From assembly GCA_036338695.1 (NCBI GenBank), contig JAYZBQ010000009.1:32001-96000 (forward strand): DNA of 64,000 bases. The letters are read 5' to 3'. This document shows positions 1 through 8,784 of this stretch, in pieces. This stretch comes from Myxococcota bacterium (GTDB lineage: Bacteria > Myxococcota > UBA4151). A model generated the notes under the pieces. The model was not told the DNA's origin and did not search any database. It was given only the letters and a program-made list of their open reading frames with translations. A program made the position numbers and the translations under genes. Within the stretch, counting starts at the first letter, position 1. Each line of letters opens with the position of its first letter.

Positions 1-3000
1 CGTCCACGAGATCTCGCCCGTCTCAGCGTCGATGTTCATGAGCACCGGACTCGCTGCGGCCAGCGAGTACACCAAACGGTCGGCGTCAGGGTCCTGCGCC
101 CGAGCGGTGTAGAGGTATTCCTCACCGATCTGAGCGGTCGTCGGAGGCGTCGAGGTGAAGGTGGGCGCGCTGTTTGCTCCCGGCTCGGTCACGAGCACCG
201 TCCAACGAAGCTCGGCCTCAGCGCCTCGGTCATCCGTTGCGATCAGCTGGAACGAGAAGGTGCCCTCAGCGTCCGGCGTCCATGTCAGGCGGTTGCACCG
301 ACCATCGGAACACTCAGCGGAGGGCGGACCTGCGACGAGCTGCACGCTCACAGGGTCAGCGTCTTCGTCCGATACACGGGGCTCAAAGAGATACTCCTGA
401 CCGACCACCGCCTCAGTCTCTGGCTCGTTACCAAAAGCCGGCGGCGTGTTCGCCTCAACCTCCACCAAGACCAAGACGGTCTGGCGGTCAAACAGCCCCT
501 CATCATCGCTGACCCGCACCACGAAGCTGAGGGTCTGACCGGTCTGAGCGTCGCTCGGCGTCCACCGCAGCACGCCCGTGTCGCGATCGATGGTCATCCC
601 CGGCGGGCCGCTCTCAAGCTCCCAGCTCAGCGCATCACCGTCGAGGTCGCGCGCCTCGTAGTCGAACGTGTACAGGACGCCAGCGCTCGCACGGTCCGGC
701 GCGGTGTTGCTGATCGTCGGCGCGCGGTTCGAAGGCGGCACGTCGACGCCGACACGGTAACTCTGCTCGTCAAAGCTCCCGAGCGTGTCTTCGACGCGCA
801 CGATCACAAGGAACGTCTCCTGACCTTGCTCTTCGCTTGGGATCCAAGTGATCAAACCGCTCTGGGCGTTGATGCTCATCCCGAGCGGCGGCCGGCTTGT
901 GATCCGGTAGTTCAGGGGCTGACCCGGGTCCTCATCGGTGGCCCCCACGTCATAACGATACGCCTCGCCGACCACGGCCTCCACGACCGGGTCCGTAGTG
1001 ATCTCCGGCGCTCGATTCGGAACGGTCACTTGCCAGCTGAGACGATCCGTCCCGCCGCGACCATCCAAGACCCCGACGACGAAGTCATAGCTCTCACCCA
1101 AGTCGCCTAGATCAGGGCTCCAATCGAGCGCGCCAGCGCCCGTCAAACGCGTCCCCTCCGGTGCGTTCACCAACCGCCAACTGAGCGGGTCACCGTCAGG
1201 GTCCGACGCCGACAAGCTGATAGTATAATCATTGCCTAAGAACACCTGGGTCGACGGGCTCGAGGTGATGCTCGGCGGGTTGTTGCCGCTCTGTTGTGGG
1301 TCCACGCGAACCGTCCAGCGTTGGCGGTCGTTGTCGTTGCCGTCGGAGACCTCGATCTGGAACACGACCTCACGGTTCTCGAACAGCGGGGTCGGTTGCC
1401 AGCTTACGGCGCCCGTCTCAGCGTTGATCCGCGCCCCCGCCGGAGCCTCGAGCAGTCGCCAGGTCAACTCATCGTCATCGGCGTCCGTTGCGACGGGTTC
1501 ATAGGTGAACGCCGCCAGGACGCGCGCGGAGGTCGGCGGGTTGCTCGTGATCTCAGGCGCCTGGTTGTTCAGGTCACCCTCACGCACGACAACATCCCAC
1601 TGCTGCCGGTTGATGCCACCACGCCCGTCTCGAACCTCGACCGCAAAAGAGACCGTGCCGACATCTTCAAGCACCGGCGTCCAGGTCAGCACACCTGTCG
1701 ACGAGTTGATCACAGCGCCAGCGGGTCCGGAGGTCATCACCCACCCAAGGACGTCACCGTCCTCGTCCGTCGCTTGGCCAGAGTACGTGTACTGTTCGCC
1801 CACAATCGCAAGCTCAGGAGGTGTTGAGGTGATACGCGGCGCATTGTTGGCTGGGGCGCCATCGGTGATCTGGATCGCCAGCGCCTGGGTGTTCGCCAAG
1901 CCGTTGGTATCCACCGCCACCAAAACGCAGCTGACCGTGCTGCCCAGCAAAGAGGCTGGCGGCGTATAGAGCAGCTGACCGGTGACCTGGTTGATGGTCA
2001 TCCCCTGCGGGCAGTCCTCACCCTCTTCGAACAAGAAGAAGCGCACGGCGTCGCCGTCAGGGTCCTCTGCGGTTGCGACATAGACCAGCTGCTCACCCGC
2101 GGTCGCCTGCGTCGGCGGATCGCTCGTAAACGCCGGGGGACGATTCGCCTGACCCGAGTCGACGCTGATTTGGAACACCTGCCCAGCAAAGGCAGTGCCG
2201 TCGGTGACCGCTACGGTCACCCGGAAAATCCCAGCCTCCGACGGCGTCCAGGTGATCTCACCCGTGCTGGCGTTGATCGTCATACCAGCGGGCGGGTCTT
2301 CATCCTCTGGGAGCACCAAAAACAAGGGGTCACCGTCCTCATCGGTCGCCTGCGCTTGATAGCTATACTCTTGCCCCACGGTCGCCTGCGTCGGCGCCAC
2401 GGACGTTATCACCGGCGGGTTGTTCACCGGCGGCGGTGGGTCGCCTGAGACCTCTACGTTCCACTCTTGGCGCGCCTCACCGCCGCGCGGATCACTGACC
2501 ACGAGCCGGAACGCCTGAGCCTGTCCGCCCTGACCCTCGGTCGGTGTCCAGGTGATGTTCCCGCCCTCGGTGATCTCAGCCCCCGCCGGCGCAACCTCGA
2601 GCGTGTAGGTCAGCTCTTCGCGCTCGAGGTCGAAGGCTTGCACTTGGTACTGATAGACCACACCCGGTGACCCCGTACCGCTCGGCGTGCTGGTAATGAT
2701 CGGTGGCTGATTTGGCTCACCGTCGGTCACGCTCACGGTCCACGCCTGACTCGTCACGCCGCCGTTGCCGTCGCTCACTCGGATCTCAAAGTCGAAGTCC
2801 TGCCCGGCGCTGCCCGGCGGAATCAACCAGATGACGCCGTTGATCGGCCCGCGGCTCTGAATGCGCGCCCCGGGCGGACCGCTGACCAACGTGTAGGTCA
2901 GCTCATCGCCGTCGGCGTCCGTGGCGATGATGTTGTAGATGTATGGCGACGCCTGGGTGGCGGTGGTCGCCGGTTGCGAGGCAATCACCGGGTCACGGTT

Positions 3001-5840
3001 CTCGACCTCTCCCGCCACTTGGATCGTGATCTGTTGAAGGTCGGCGTTGTCCGACGGATCGACGACGCCGATGACGCAGCTGACGGTCGAGCCCGCATCG
3101 GTCAGCGACGGTGTCCAGGTGAAGCGTCCCGTTAGGACGTTGATCGACGCACCCTCAGGGCAACGATCGGGATCCGTAAAGAACCGCAGCGTCTCGCCTT
3201 CGGGATCGGTTGCGATCACTTGATAGACGTACTGGACGCGCGGCTGCGCCTCCGCAGGCGCTGAGGACGTGATGCGCGGCGGCTCATTGACCGGCACACC
3301 CACGCCTACCTGGAACGACTGAGCGTCAAATAGGCCGCCTTCATCAACCACAGCGACGACGACGCGGTGGGTGATCCCACCCTGCTCTTGGCTCGGTGTC
3401 CACGTGATCACGCCGGTCTCGGAGTCGATGATCATGCCCGTCGGTGGGTCTTGGTCTTGCGGCAGCAAGAACACCAAGGTGTCATTGTCCGGATCGGTGG
3501 CTGTCACTTGATACCGATACAGCACCCCAACTGTGGCGGACGTCACCGCCTCAGAGGTGATCGAAGGCGCTCGGTTGCCCACGTCAGGGCTCACGCGCAC
3601 GATCCACGTCTGCTCGTCCTGCCCGCCGTTTCCATCGCTCGCTCGCAGCGTGAAGCGGAGCTCTTGGTCACCCTGCGCGTCGCTCGGCACCCAAGCGACG
3701 GCGCCGCCGACAAAGCGAGCGCCCGCCGGAGCCTCCGTCAGGACAAAAGTCACCGAGTCGCCGTCTTCATCCGTCGCCACCGGACGGTAGCTGTACGCCT
3801 GACCGACCGTGGCTTGCCCGGAGGCCTGACTCGTGATCACCGGCGCGTTGTTCTGATCCAGCTCGTCCACGCCGATGTCCACTCGCAGCTCGGTAGTTGC
3901 ACCCTCAGAGTCTCGCAGCTCGAGCACCATCGTGTGGCTGATCCCCGCCTGAGCCTCGCTCGGCGTCCAGGTCACCAGACCGTCTGCGTCCGCCTGCATC
4001 CCGGCAGGTCCGCTGACCAAACGGAAGGTCACCGCATGCCCTTCGGCGTCCGTCCATGTCGCTTGGTAGCGATATTCGACCCCGACCTCGGCGGTGTTGG
4101 GCGCCTGCGACGTAAAGATCGGCGCCGTATTGGGCGGCTCCGCCTCCTGCACCGTCACCGACCAGTTCTGTTGCGTACCGCCGCCGTTACCGTCGGTCAC
4201 GTTCAGCCGGAACGTCTGCTGACCGACCTGAGCCAGGACCGGCGTCCAGGTGATCGTTGCGCCGCGCAGCGTCGCGCCGTCTGGGAGGAGCTCGGCGACC
4301 AGCGTCAGCGCATCGCCGTCGGCGTCGGTGGTCGTCGCCGTGTAGGTGTAGACGACCCCAACGGTCGCAGTCGTCGGCGGCGACGAGGTGAACACCGGGT
4401 CTCGGTTCGGCGGCTCTTCTTCGGTCACTGTGACGGAGAAGTCTTGGTTCGTGTCGGCGCCATTCGCGTCGACGACCGTCACTCGGAAGCTGACGATCTG
4501 ACCCACCTGCGCCTGATTCGGCGTCCAGGTCACGCGACCCTGCTCGTCCATCGTCGCGCCGTCAGGCGAGCGCAACGGATCCAGCGAGAAGGTCATCGAG
4601 TCGCCGTCCGGATCGGTCGCCAGCACCACGTAGACGTACTCCACGCCCGGGTAAGCCTCGCTCTCCGGGCTCGAGGTGATGATGGGGGCACGATTGACCT
4701 GATCGGAGACCGTCACGGTCCATGACTGAGACGTGCGCAGCCCGCCGCCGTCCTCGACCTCCAACGTGAAGTCTTGTTGTGTCCCTCGCTGGTCCAGGCT
4801 GGGCTCCCACTGAATGATGCCGCTGACCGGGTTGACGAAGGCGCCATTGGGTGCGTTCGAGAGGAAAAAGCGCAGCGGCGTGCCCTCGGGATCGACGGCG
4901 TCGGCGTCGTAGCTGTAGACGCCCCCCACCGTGGCGTTGCGCGGCGGCTGCGTGGTGTACACGGGGGGCTGATTCTCAGGCGGCGGCTCCGCCTGCACCG
5001 AGATCGACATGGACTGAGCCGTGATCGCACCGACAGAGTCTCGCACGCGGATGATGCAGGTGACCTGCTCGCCCAGCTCGTTGTTGCCTGGCGTGTAGGT
5101 AAATCGCCCTGAGTCGCGATCGATCGCTGCGCCCGCAGGACAGTTTCGCACCAAATCGTAGGTCAGCGTGTGCCCGTCCGGATCACTCGCAACCACCTGA
5201 TAGACCAGCTGCTGACCCACAATTGCGGTCGTCGGCGGGTTGGACGTAATGACCGGCGGGTTGTTGACCGGCGGCGCATCATCGATGCCAACCTGCCAGT
5301 TATGCAACACGATGCCGCCTTCGCCGTCGTCGACGAGCACGGAGAAGTTCACGACCTCACCGGAGAACTCGTCATCCGGGGTCCAGGTCACGACGCCGGT
5401 CGTTTGATTGATCTGCGCGCCCGGTGGGTTGTTGTTCCCACCGCGCAGGCGGAACCGGAGCGTGTCGCCGTCTGGGTCGGTGGCTTCGATATCGTAGACG
5501 TACTGCTGCCCGCTCTGTGCGGAGGTCGGCGCGGTGCTGGTGACCACCGGGGGCTGATTGGTACGCTGCACGGTGATCGTGACCACCTCTTCGTCGCTGC
5601 GGCTCGGGTTGCCGTCGTCGCGAGCCGTGAAAGTCACGACGTGCTCGCCGACCTGACCCTCGGTGGGTTGGAAGCGGAAGAGCCCAGTCTGTGCGTTGAA
5701 GGTGGCGCCGTCCGGAAGATTGGCCACACCAAGGGTCACGACGTCGCCCTCGTCCTGATCGGATGCTTCGACCGTGAACTGGAGTACGGCGCCGACGCTG
5801 ACCACCTTGTCGCCGATCGGTTCGATCTCAGGCGCATACG
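1..5840 (-). repeat. ~21 tandem ~285-bp coding repeats (Ig-like domains), diverged at DNA level
   Basis: Domain-start motifs counted in my translation: YAP, NQPP, NNPP, NQPP, NRAP, NRDP, NTAP, NNAP, NRAP, NEPP, NRDP, NQPP, NNPP, NRPP, NNAP, NQAP, NNPP, NRAP, NRAP, NTPP, NSAP. Each unit carries a DxDGD-like acidic motif. Confidence 0.85.
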
Positions 5841-6606
5841 CCAGCGGCTCCCAGAAAAAGCGCATGGCGTAGTTCTCGAGCGCAGGGAACGGGAAGCCCT
5901 CATTGCGCCACTCGTTGGTGTCGCCAAAAAACACGCCAAAGTTCGCCTCAGCACCCTCTGCGCCGATGGTGCAGCAGCCAAAGTTGCCCTCAGGCGACTC
6001 GATCCCAATCGTGATGAGCTCGCTCGCCGTGCGCGGAAACTGGGTGCTGAGCGTTTGATAGTAGTACGTGATCTCGCCGTTGGGCGTGAGCCGAATGGCG
6101 AAGGTGTTGGTGACCTGGCCCTGGTAGTGCGGCGCCCGCCAGGCGATGACATACTCTTGCTCAGACCGTGTGACCCAGACACCGCTGTCGCGCCCATTGC
6201 TCGGGTCGATGTCCGTCCAAGCGATCGCTAAGACGCCATCGGGCGGGGTGTTGTCTGGGATGTTGTTGTTGCGGTTGTAATTGTTGTTGTTCAGGTGGTT
6301 GTCGCCAAAATAGACGAAGCCGTTCGAGCAAATGTTGAGCGAGGTGCGTTCGATCCCATAATAATTGAAGGCAAAAGGGAGATCCGTGGTCTCGTCCGGC
6401 CGGTTCGGGTTATCCGTCCTGCACTGGTCATCCTGATCGATGAACGGTTCGCCTTGCAGCCATGCGTCCTGCCACTCATCGACGCTCGGACCATCCTGCT
6501 CGCCGTTATCAACCCAGCGGTAACCGTAAAGGTCCGGTCCCCCCGTTGCGGCGAACGCCGGCGCCGAGAGTGTCAACAGAGCCCCTACTGAAAGCCACCG
6601 AATCAT
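1..6606 (-). CDS. Giant secreted surface protein/adhesin: signal peptide, NIDO-like N-terminal domain, then ~21 tandem Ig/cadherin-like (He_PIG-type) domains; 3' end runs off the window (>=2202 aa)
   Basis: Not in the ORF track because it has no stop in the window. Manual translation from ATG at 6606 (SD GGAGGAG at ~6613-6619) gives MIRWLSVGALLTLSAPAFA-ATGGPDLYGYRWVD..., open to position 1 (...ETGEISWT). ~95-aa units repeat NxxPxITSxP...Y.Y...A.DxDGDxL.......P.G..I...TG.I.WTP. Confidence 0.93.
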   Translation of the reverse strand, partial: MIRWLSVGALLTLSAPAFAATGGPDLYGYRWVDNGEQDGPSVDEWQDAWLQGEPFIDQDDQCRTDNPNRPDETTDLPFAFNYYGIERTSLNICSNGFVYFGDNHLNNNNYNRNNNIPDNTPPDGVLAIAWTDIDPSNGRDSGVWVTRSEQEYVIAWRAPHYQGQVTNTFAIRLTPNGEITYYYQTLSTQFPRTASELITIGIESPEGNFGCCTIGAEGAEANFGVFFGDTNEWRNEGFPFPALENYAMRFFWEPLAYAPEIEPIGDKVVSVGAVLQFTVEASDQDEGDVVTLGVANLPDGATFNAQTGLFRFQPTEGQVGEHVVTFTARDDGNPSRSDEEVVTITVQRTNQPPVVTSTAPTSAQSGQQYVYDIEATDPDGDTLRFRLRGGNNNPPGAQINQTTGVVTWTPDDEFSGEVVNFSVLVDDGEGGIVLHNWQVGIDDAPPVNNPPVITSNPPTTAIVGQQLVYQVVASDPDGHTLTYDLVRNCPAGAAIDRDSGRFTYTPGNNELGEQVTCIIRVRDSVGAITAQSMSISVQAEPPPENQPPVYTTQPPRNATVGGVYSYDADAVDPEGTPLRFFLSNAPNGAFVNPVSGIIQWEPSLDQRGTQQDFTLEVEDGGGLRTSQSWTVTVSDQVNRAPIITSSPESEAYPGVEYVYVVLATDPDGDSMTFSLDPLRSPDGATMDEQGRVTWTPNQAQVGQIVSFRVTVVDANGADTNQDFSVTVTEEEPPNRDPVFTSSPPTTATVGVVYTYTATTTDADGDALTLVAELLPDGATLRGATITWTPVLAQVGQQTFRLNVTDGNGGGTQQNWSVTVQEAEPPNTAPIFTSQAPNTAEVGVEYRYQATWTDAEGHAVTFRLVSGPAGMQADADGLVTWTPSEAQAGISHTMVLELRDSEGATTELRVDIGVDELDQNNAPVITSQASGQATVGQAYSYRPVATDEDGDSVTFVLTEAPAGARFVGGAVAWVPSDAQGDQELRFTLRASDGNGGQDEQTWIVRVSPDVGNRAPSITSEAVTSATVGVLYRYQVTATDPDNDTLVFLLPQDQDPPTGMIIDSETGVITWTPSQEQGGITHRVVVAVVDEGGLFDAQSFQVGVGVPVNEPPRITSSAPAEAQPRVQYVYQVIATDPEGETLRFFTDPDRCPEGASINVLTGRFTWTPSLTDAGSTVSCVIGVVDPSDNADLQQITIQVAGEVENRDPVIASQPATTATQASPYIYNIIATDADGDELTYTLVSGPPGARIQSRGPINGVIWLIPPGSAGQDFDFEIRVSDGNGGVTSQAWTVSVTDGEPNQPPIITSTPSGTGSPGVVYQYQVQAFDLEREELTYTLEVAPAGAEITEGGNITWTPTEGQGGQAQAFRLVVSDPRGGEARQEWNVEVSGDPPPPVNNPPVITSVAPTQATVGQEYSYQAQATDEDGDPLFLVLPEDEDPPAGMTINASTGEITWTPSEAGIFRVTVAVTDGTAFAGQVFQISVDSGQANRPPAFTSDPPTQATAGEQLVYVATAEDPDGDAVRFFLFEEGEDCPQGMTINQVTGQLLYTPPASLLGSTVSCVLVAVDTNGLANTQALAIQITDGAPANNAPRITSTPPELAIVGEQYTYSGQATDEDGDVLGWVMTSGPAGAVINSSTGVLTWTPVLEDVGTVSFAVEVRDGRGGINRQQWDVVVREGDLNNQAPEITSNPPTSARVLAAFTYEPVATDADDDELTWRLLEAPAGARINAETGAVSWQPTPLFENREVVFQIEVSDGNDNDRQRWTVRVDPQQSGNNPPSITSSPSTQVFLGNDYTISLSASDPDGDPLSWRLVNAPEGTRLTGAGALDWSPDLGDLGESYDFVVGVLDGRGGTDRLSWQVTVPNRAPEITTDPVVEAVVGEAYRYDVGATDEDPGQPLNYRITSRPPLGMSINAQSGLITWIPSEEQGQETFLVIVRVEDTLGSFDEQSYRVGVDVPPSNRAPTISNTAPDRASAGVLYTFDYEARDLDGDALSWELESGPPGMTIDRDTGVLRWTPSDAQTGQTLSFVVRVSDDEGLFDRQTVLVLVEVEANTPPAFGNEPETEAVVGQEYLFEPRVSDEDADPVSVQLVAGPPSAECSDGRCNRLTWTPDAEGTFSFQLIATDDRGAEAELRWTVLVTEPGANSAPTFTSTPPTTAQIGEEYLYTARAQDPDADRLVYSLAAASPVLMNIDAETGEISWT

Positions 6607-6694
6607 AAGCGACTCCTCCCGAACCACACGCTCGTGCGTGCACCTTACACGAATTCCGGCGAACGCGCTCGCGCCAGCCTCTCCCTACGAAGCG

Positions 6695-7117
6695 TCACTC
6701 GCCCTCGTCGGGTTTACCCAAAACCTCTTCACGGGACTCGCCCGCCTTTAGGCGCTCGAGCGCATCGGATGGGTCAAAGCTCCCATCGCTCGGGATCGAC
6801 TCACCTGTCTCGGCGCGGCGCAGCAGCTCATTATCGACCCACGACTCATACTTCCCGGCGTCGTAAGCCGCTGACTTTACGACACCAGCATCCATCTGCG
6901 GTGACTTCTTCTTCTGCGCCTCTTGTCGCTTGCGAGCGGCGCGCTCGATGCTTGCGCGGAGCGCTTCGAGCTCGTCGCTTGAGGGTTCGGTCACCTCAAA
7001 CTCGTCGACGCGAAACTCGGAGGGGATCTGACGGTATTCGGGGCCCGCGCGGTAAATGGCCAGCCACAACCCCACCACCGCAACGGTGACGACAGCGAGC
7101 GCTAAGCGCCACTTCAC
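6695..7117 (-). CDS. Hypothetical protein with N-terminal membrane anchor/signal peptide (140 aa)
   Basis: MKWRLALAVVTVAVVGLWLAIY hydrophobic segment, then a charged helical region. GTG start overlaps the Hsp70 TAG stop by 1 nt. Confidence 0.7.
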   Translation of the reverse strand: MKWRLALAVVTVAVVGLWLAIYRAGPEYRQIPSEFRVDEFEVTEPSSDELEALRASIERAARKRQEAQKKKSPQMDAGVVKSAAYDAGKYESWVDNELLRRAETGESIPSDGSFDPSDALERLKAGESREEVLGKPDEGE

Positions 7118-8643
7118 TAGACGAAGGCCGCTTCGGAGATACGGAGGCTGTGTCGAACCGCTTTCTGCGTGTCTAGGTCGCGTGCGTGCAAGCTCAAGAT
7201 CCCGTCAACGCTGAGATCAAAGGTCGTCTCGACCCGCACCTGACCTGCTTTGCCCGGTCTGAGACCGTCGAAGACGTGCTCGCCAAGGAACTGGTTTTCA
7301 CCCGCCTTGGCGTGGTCCCCCTGAAAGATCCGCATGACGAGCTCTTTCTGCCCGTCGTAGCTTGTCGTGAAGGTCAGCCGCCGGCTGTTCGGTGTCGGCG
7401 CGTTTTTTGAGAAGATGCGGAACATGCGCCCGTTCGCGCCCTCGATCCCAATCGCCATCGGGATCACATCGAGCAAGGTCACGTCGCTTTGGCCTGCGCC
7501 GCTCTCTCCTTGAAGTGCTGAGGCGAAAATGGCCGCACCGAGCGCCACCGCTTCGTCCGGGTGCACCCCCTTCGAAGGGGGCTTTCCAAAGTACCGCTCA
7601 CACGCTGCTGAGATCGCCGGCATGCGGCTCTGGCCCCCGACCAACAACACCTCGTCGATCTGGTCCGGCTTGAGCTCAGCGGCCTCGAGCACACCGGCGC
7701 ACACCTCGACGGTCCGATCGACCAGCTCCTTGGTGAGCTCTTCAAACCGTGCGCGCGTGATCTTCATGTTGATGTCGAGCGGATCACCCGCCTCACTAAA
7801 GGCGACGAATGGGACCGAAATCTCGACCTCTGTGCGATCGCTCAGGTCCACCTTACATTGCTCCGCGATGTCGCGCAGGCGCTGCAGTGTGGCTGGCTCG
7901 CTCGTGAGATCGACGCCGTATTCGCTGTGGAACGAGGTCAGGATCTCGTTGAGGATGATCTGGTCGAAGTTAATGCCGCCCAGGAATAAGTCGCCGTCGG
8001 TCGCGACCACTTCAAAGACGTTGTCACGAATCTCGATCACCGAGACGTCAAAAGTCCCGCCGCCTAAGTCAAAGACGACGACGCGCTCAGACAGCTGCCG
8101 CCCATAGCCATAGGCGAGCGCAGCGGCTGTCGGCTCGTTGATGATCCGGTTGATCTCCATCCCGACTTGGTGCCCCGCCGCCTTGACGCTCTGGCGCTGC
8201 AGATCATCGTAATAGGCTGGCACCGTGACTACCGCCTCGGTCACCTTCTGCTGAAGATGCTCCTCTGCGAGGTCTCGAATCGCGCCGAGCAGCTTCGCCG
8301 AGATGTCGGCGAGCGTATACTGCTTGTTCTGCAGCACCACCTCAACAGCGCCGCCCGTGCCCTCTACCAACTCGTAGGTGAAGTACTTGCGCAGGCTCTC
8401 GATGAAGTCTTCGTCAAACTGCCGGCCGATGAGACGCTTGGCGCCATAGACGGTGTGATGCGGGTTGAGCTGCCACTGGCGGCGCGCCTCAAACCCGACG
8501 ACCTCGCGGCCCTTGTCGTCGATCGCAAAGATCGAAGGGAGGGTGTGGCTGCCGCCGGCAGCGCGCACCAGGCGTGGTCGTCCGTCATGATCGACGTACG
8601 CCGCTGCGCTGTTCGTTGTGCCGAGATCGATGCCGATGATCAT
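7117..8643 (-). CDS. Hsp70/DnaK-family protein lacking the C-terminal alpha-helical lid (~508 aa)
   Basis: GIDLGTTNS, VTVPAYY, INEPTAAALAYG, DLGGGTFD, VGGQSRMP, PDEAVALGAA and linker DVTLLDVIP are present. The protein ends right after the beta substrate-binding subdomain. Start reassigned to ATG 8643 (AGAGGAAG upstream). Confidence 0.92.
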   Translation of the reverse strand: MIIGIDLGTTNSAAAYVDHDGRPRLVRAAGGSHTLPSIFAIDDKGREVVGFEARRQWQLNPHHTVYGAKRLIGRQFDEDFIESLRKYFTYELVEGTGGAVEVVLQNKQYTLADISAKLLGAIRDLAEEHLQQKVTEAVVTVPAYYDDLQRQSVKAAGHQVGMEINRIINEPTAAALAYGYGRQLSERVVVFDLGGGTFDVSVIEIRDNVFEVVATDGDLFLGGINFDQIILNEILTSFHSEYGVDLTSEPATLQRLRDIAEQCKVDLSDRTEVEISVPFVAFSEAGDPLDINMKITRARFEELTKELVDRTVEVCAGVLEAAELKPDQIDEVLLVGGQSRMPAISAACERYFGKPPSKGVHPDEAVALGAAIFASALQGESGAGQSDVTLLDVIPMAIGIEGANGRMFRIFSKNAPTPNSRRLTFTTSYDGQKELVMRIFQGDHAKAGENQFLGEHVFDGLRPGKAGQVRVETTFDLSVDGILSLHARDLDTQKAVRHSLRISEAAFV

Positions 8644-8784
8644 TGGGTGGCCGTCTTCCTCTACTCTTCTGTCAAACAGTAAACCGCGCCCCTGAGCTTG
8701 GAGCAAGATTTCTGCCGATTCCTTGACGCATTTACCGCTCTTACCCATTGTATCGCCGGCGCCACGATGTCGCCAGGAGTCAGG

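Noticed and set aside
155..6591. Many plus-strand ORFs, up to 452 aa (e.g. 3367-4725, 5170-6231)
   Set aside because: Antisense shadows of the giant minus-strand gene; Arg/His-rich nonsense typical of high-GC reverse frames.
8644..8784. N-terminal extensions of the Hsp70 (to 8748) and TPR protein (from 8698), and a sigma32-like CTTGAC-N15-ACCCAT at 8722-8748
   Set aside because: Better SD-supported starts exist at 8643 and 8785. The promoter-like motif points away from the Hsp70 and is too weak to call.
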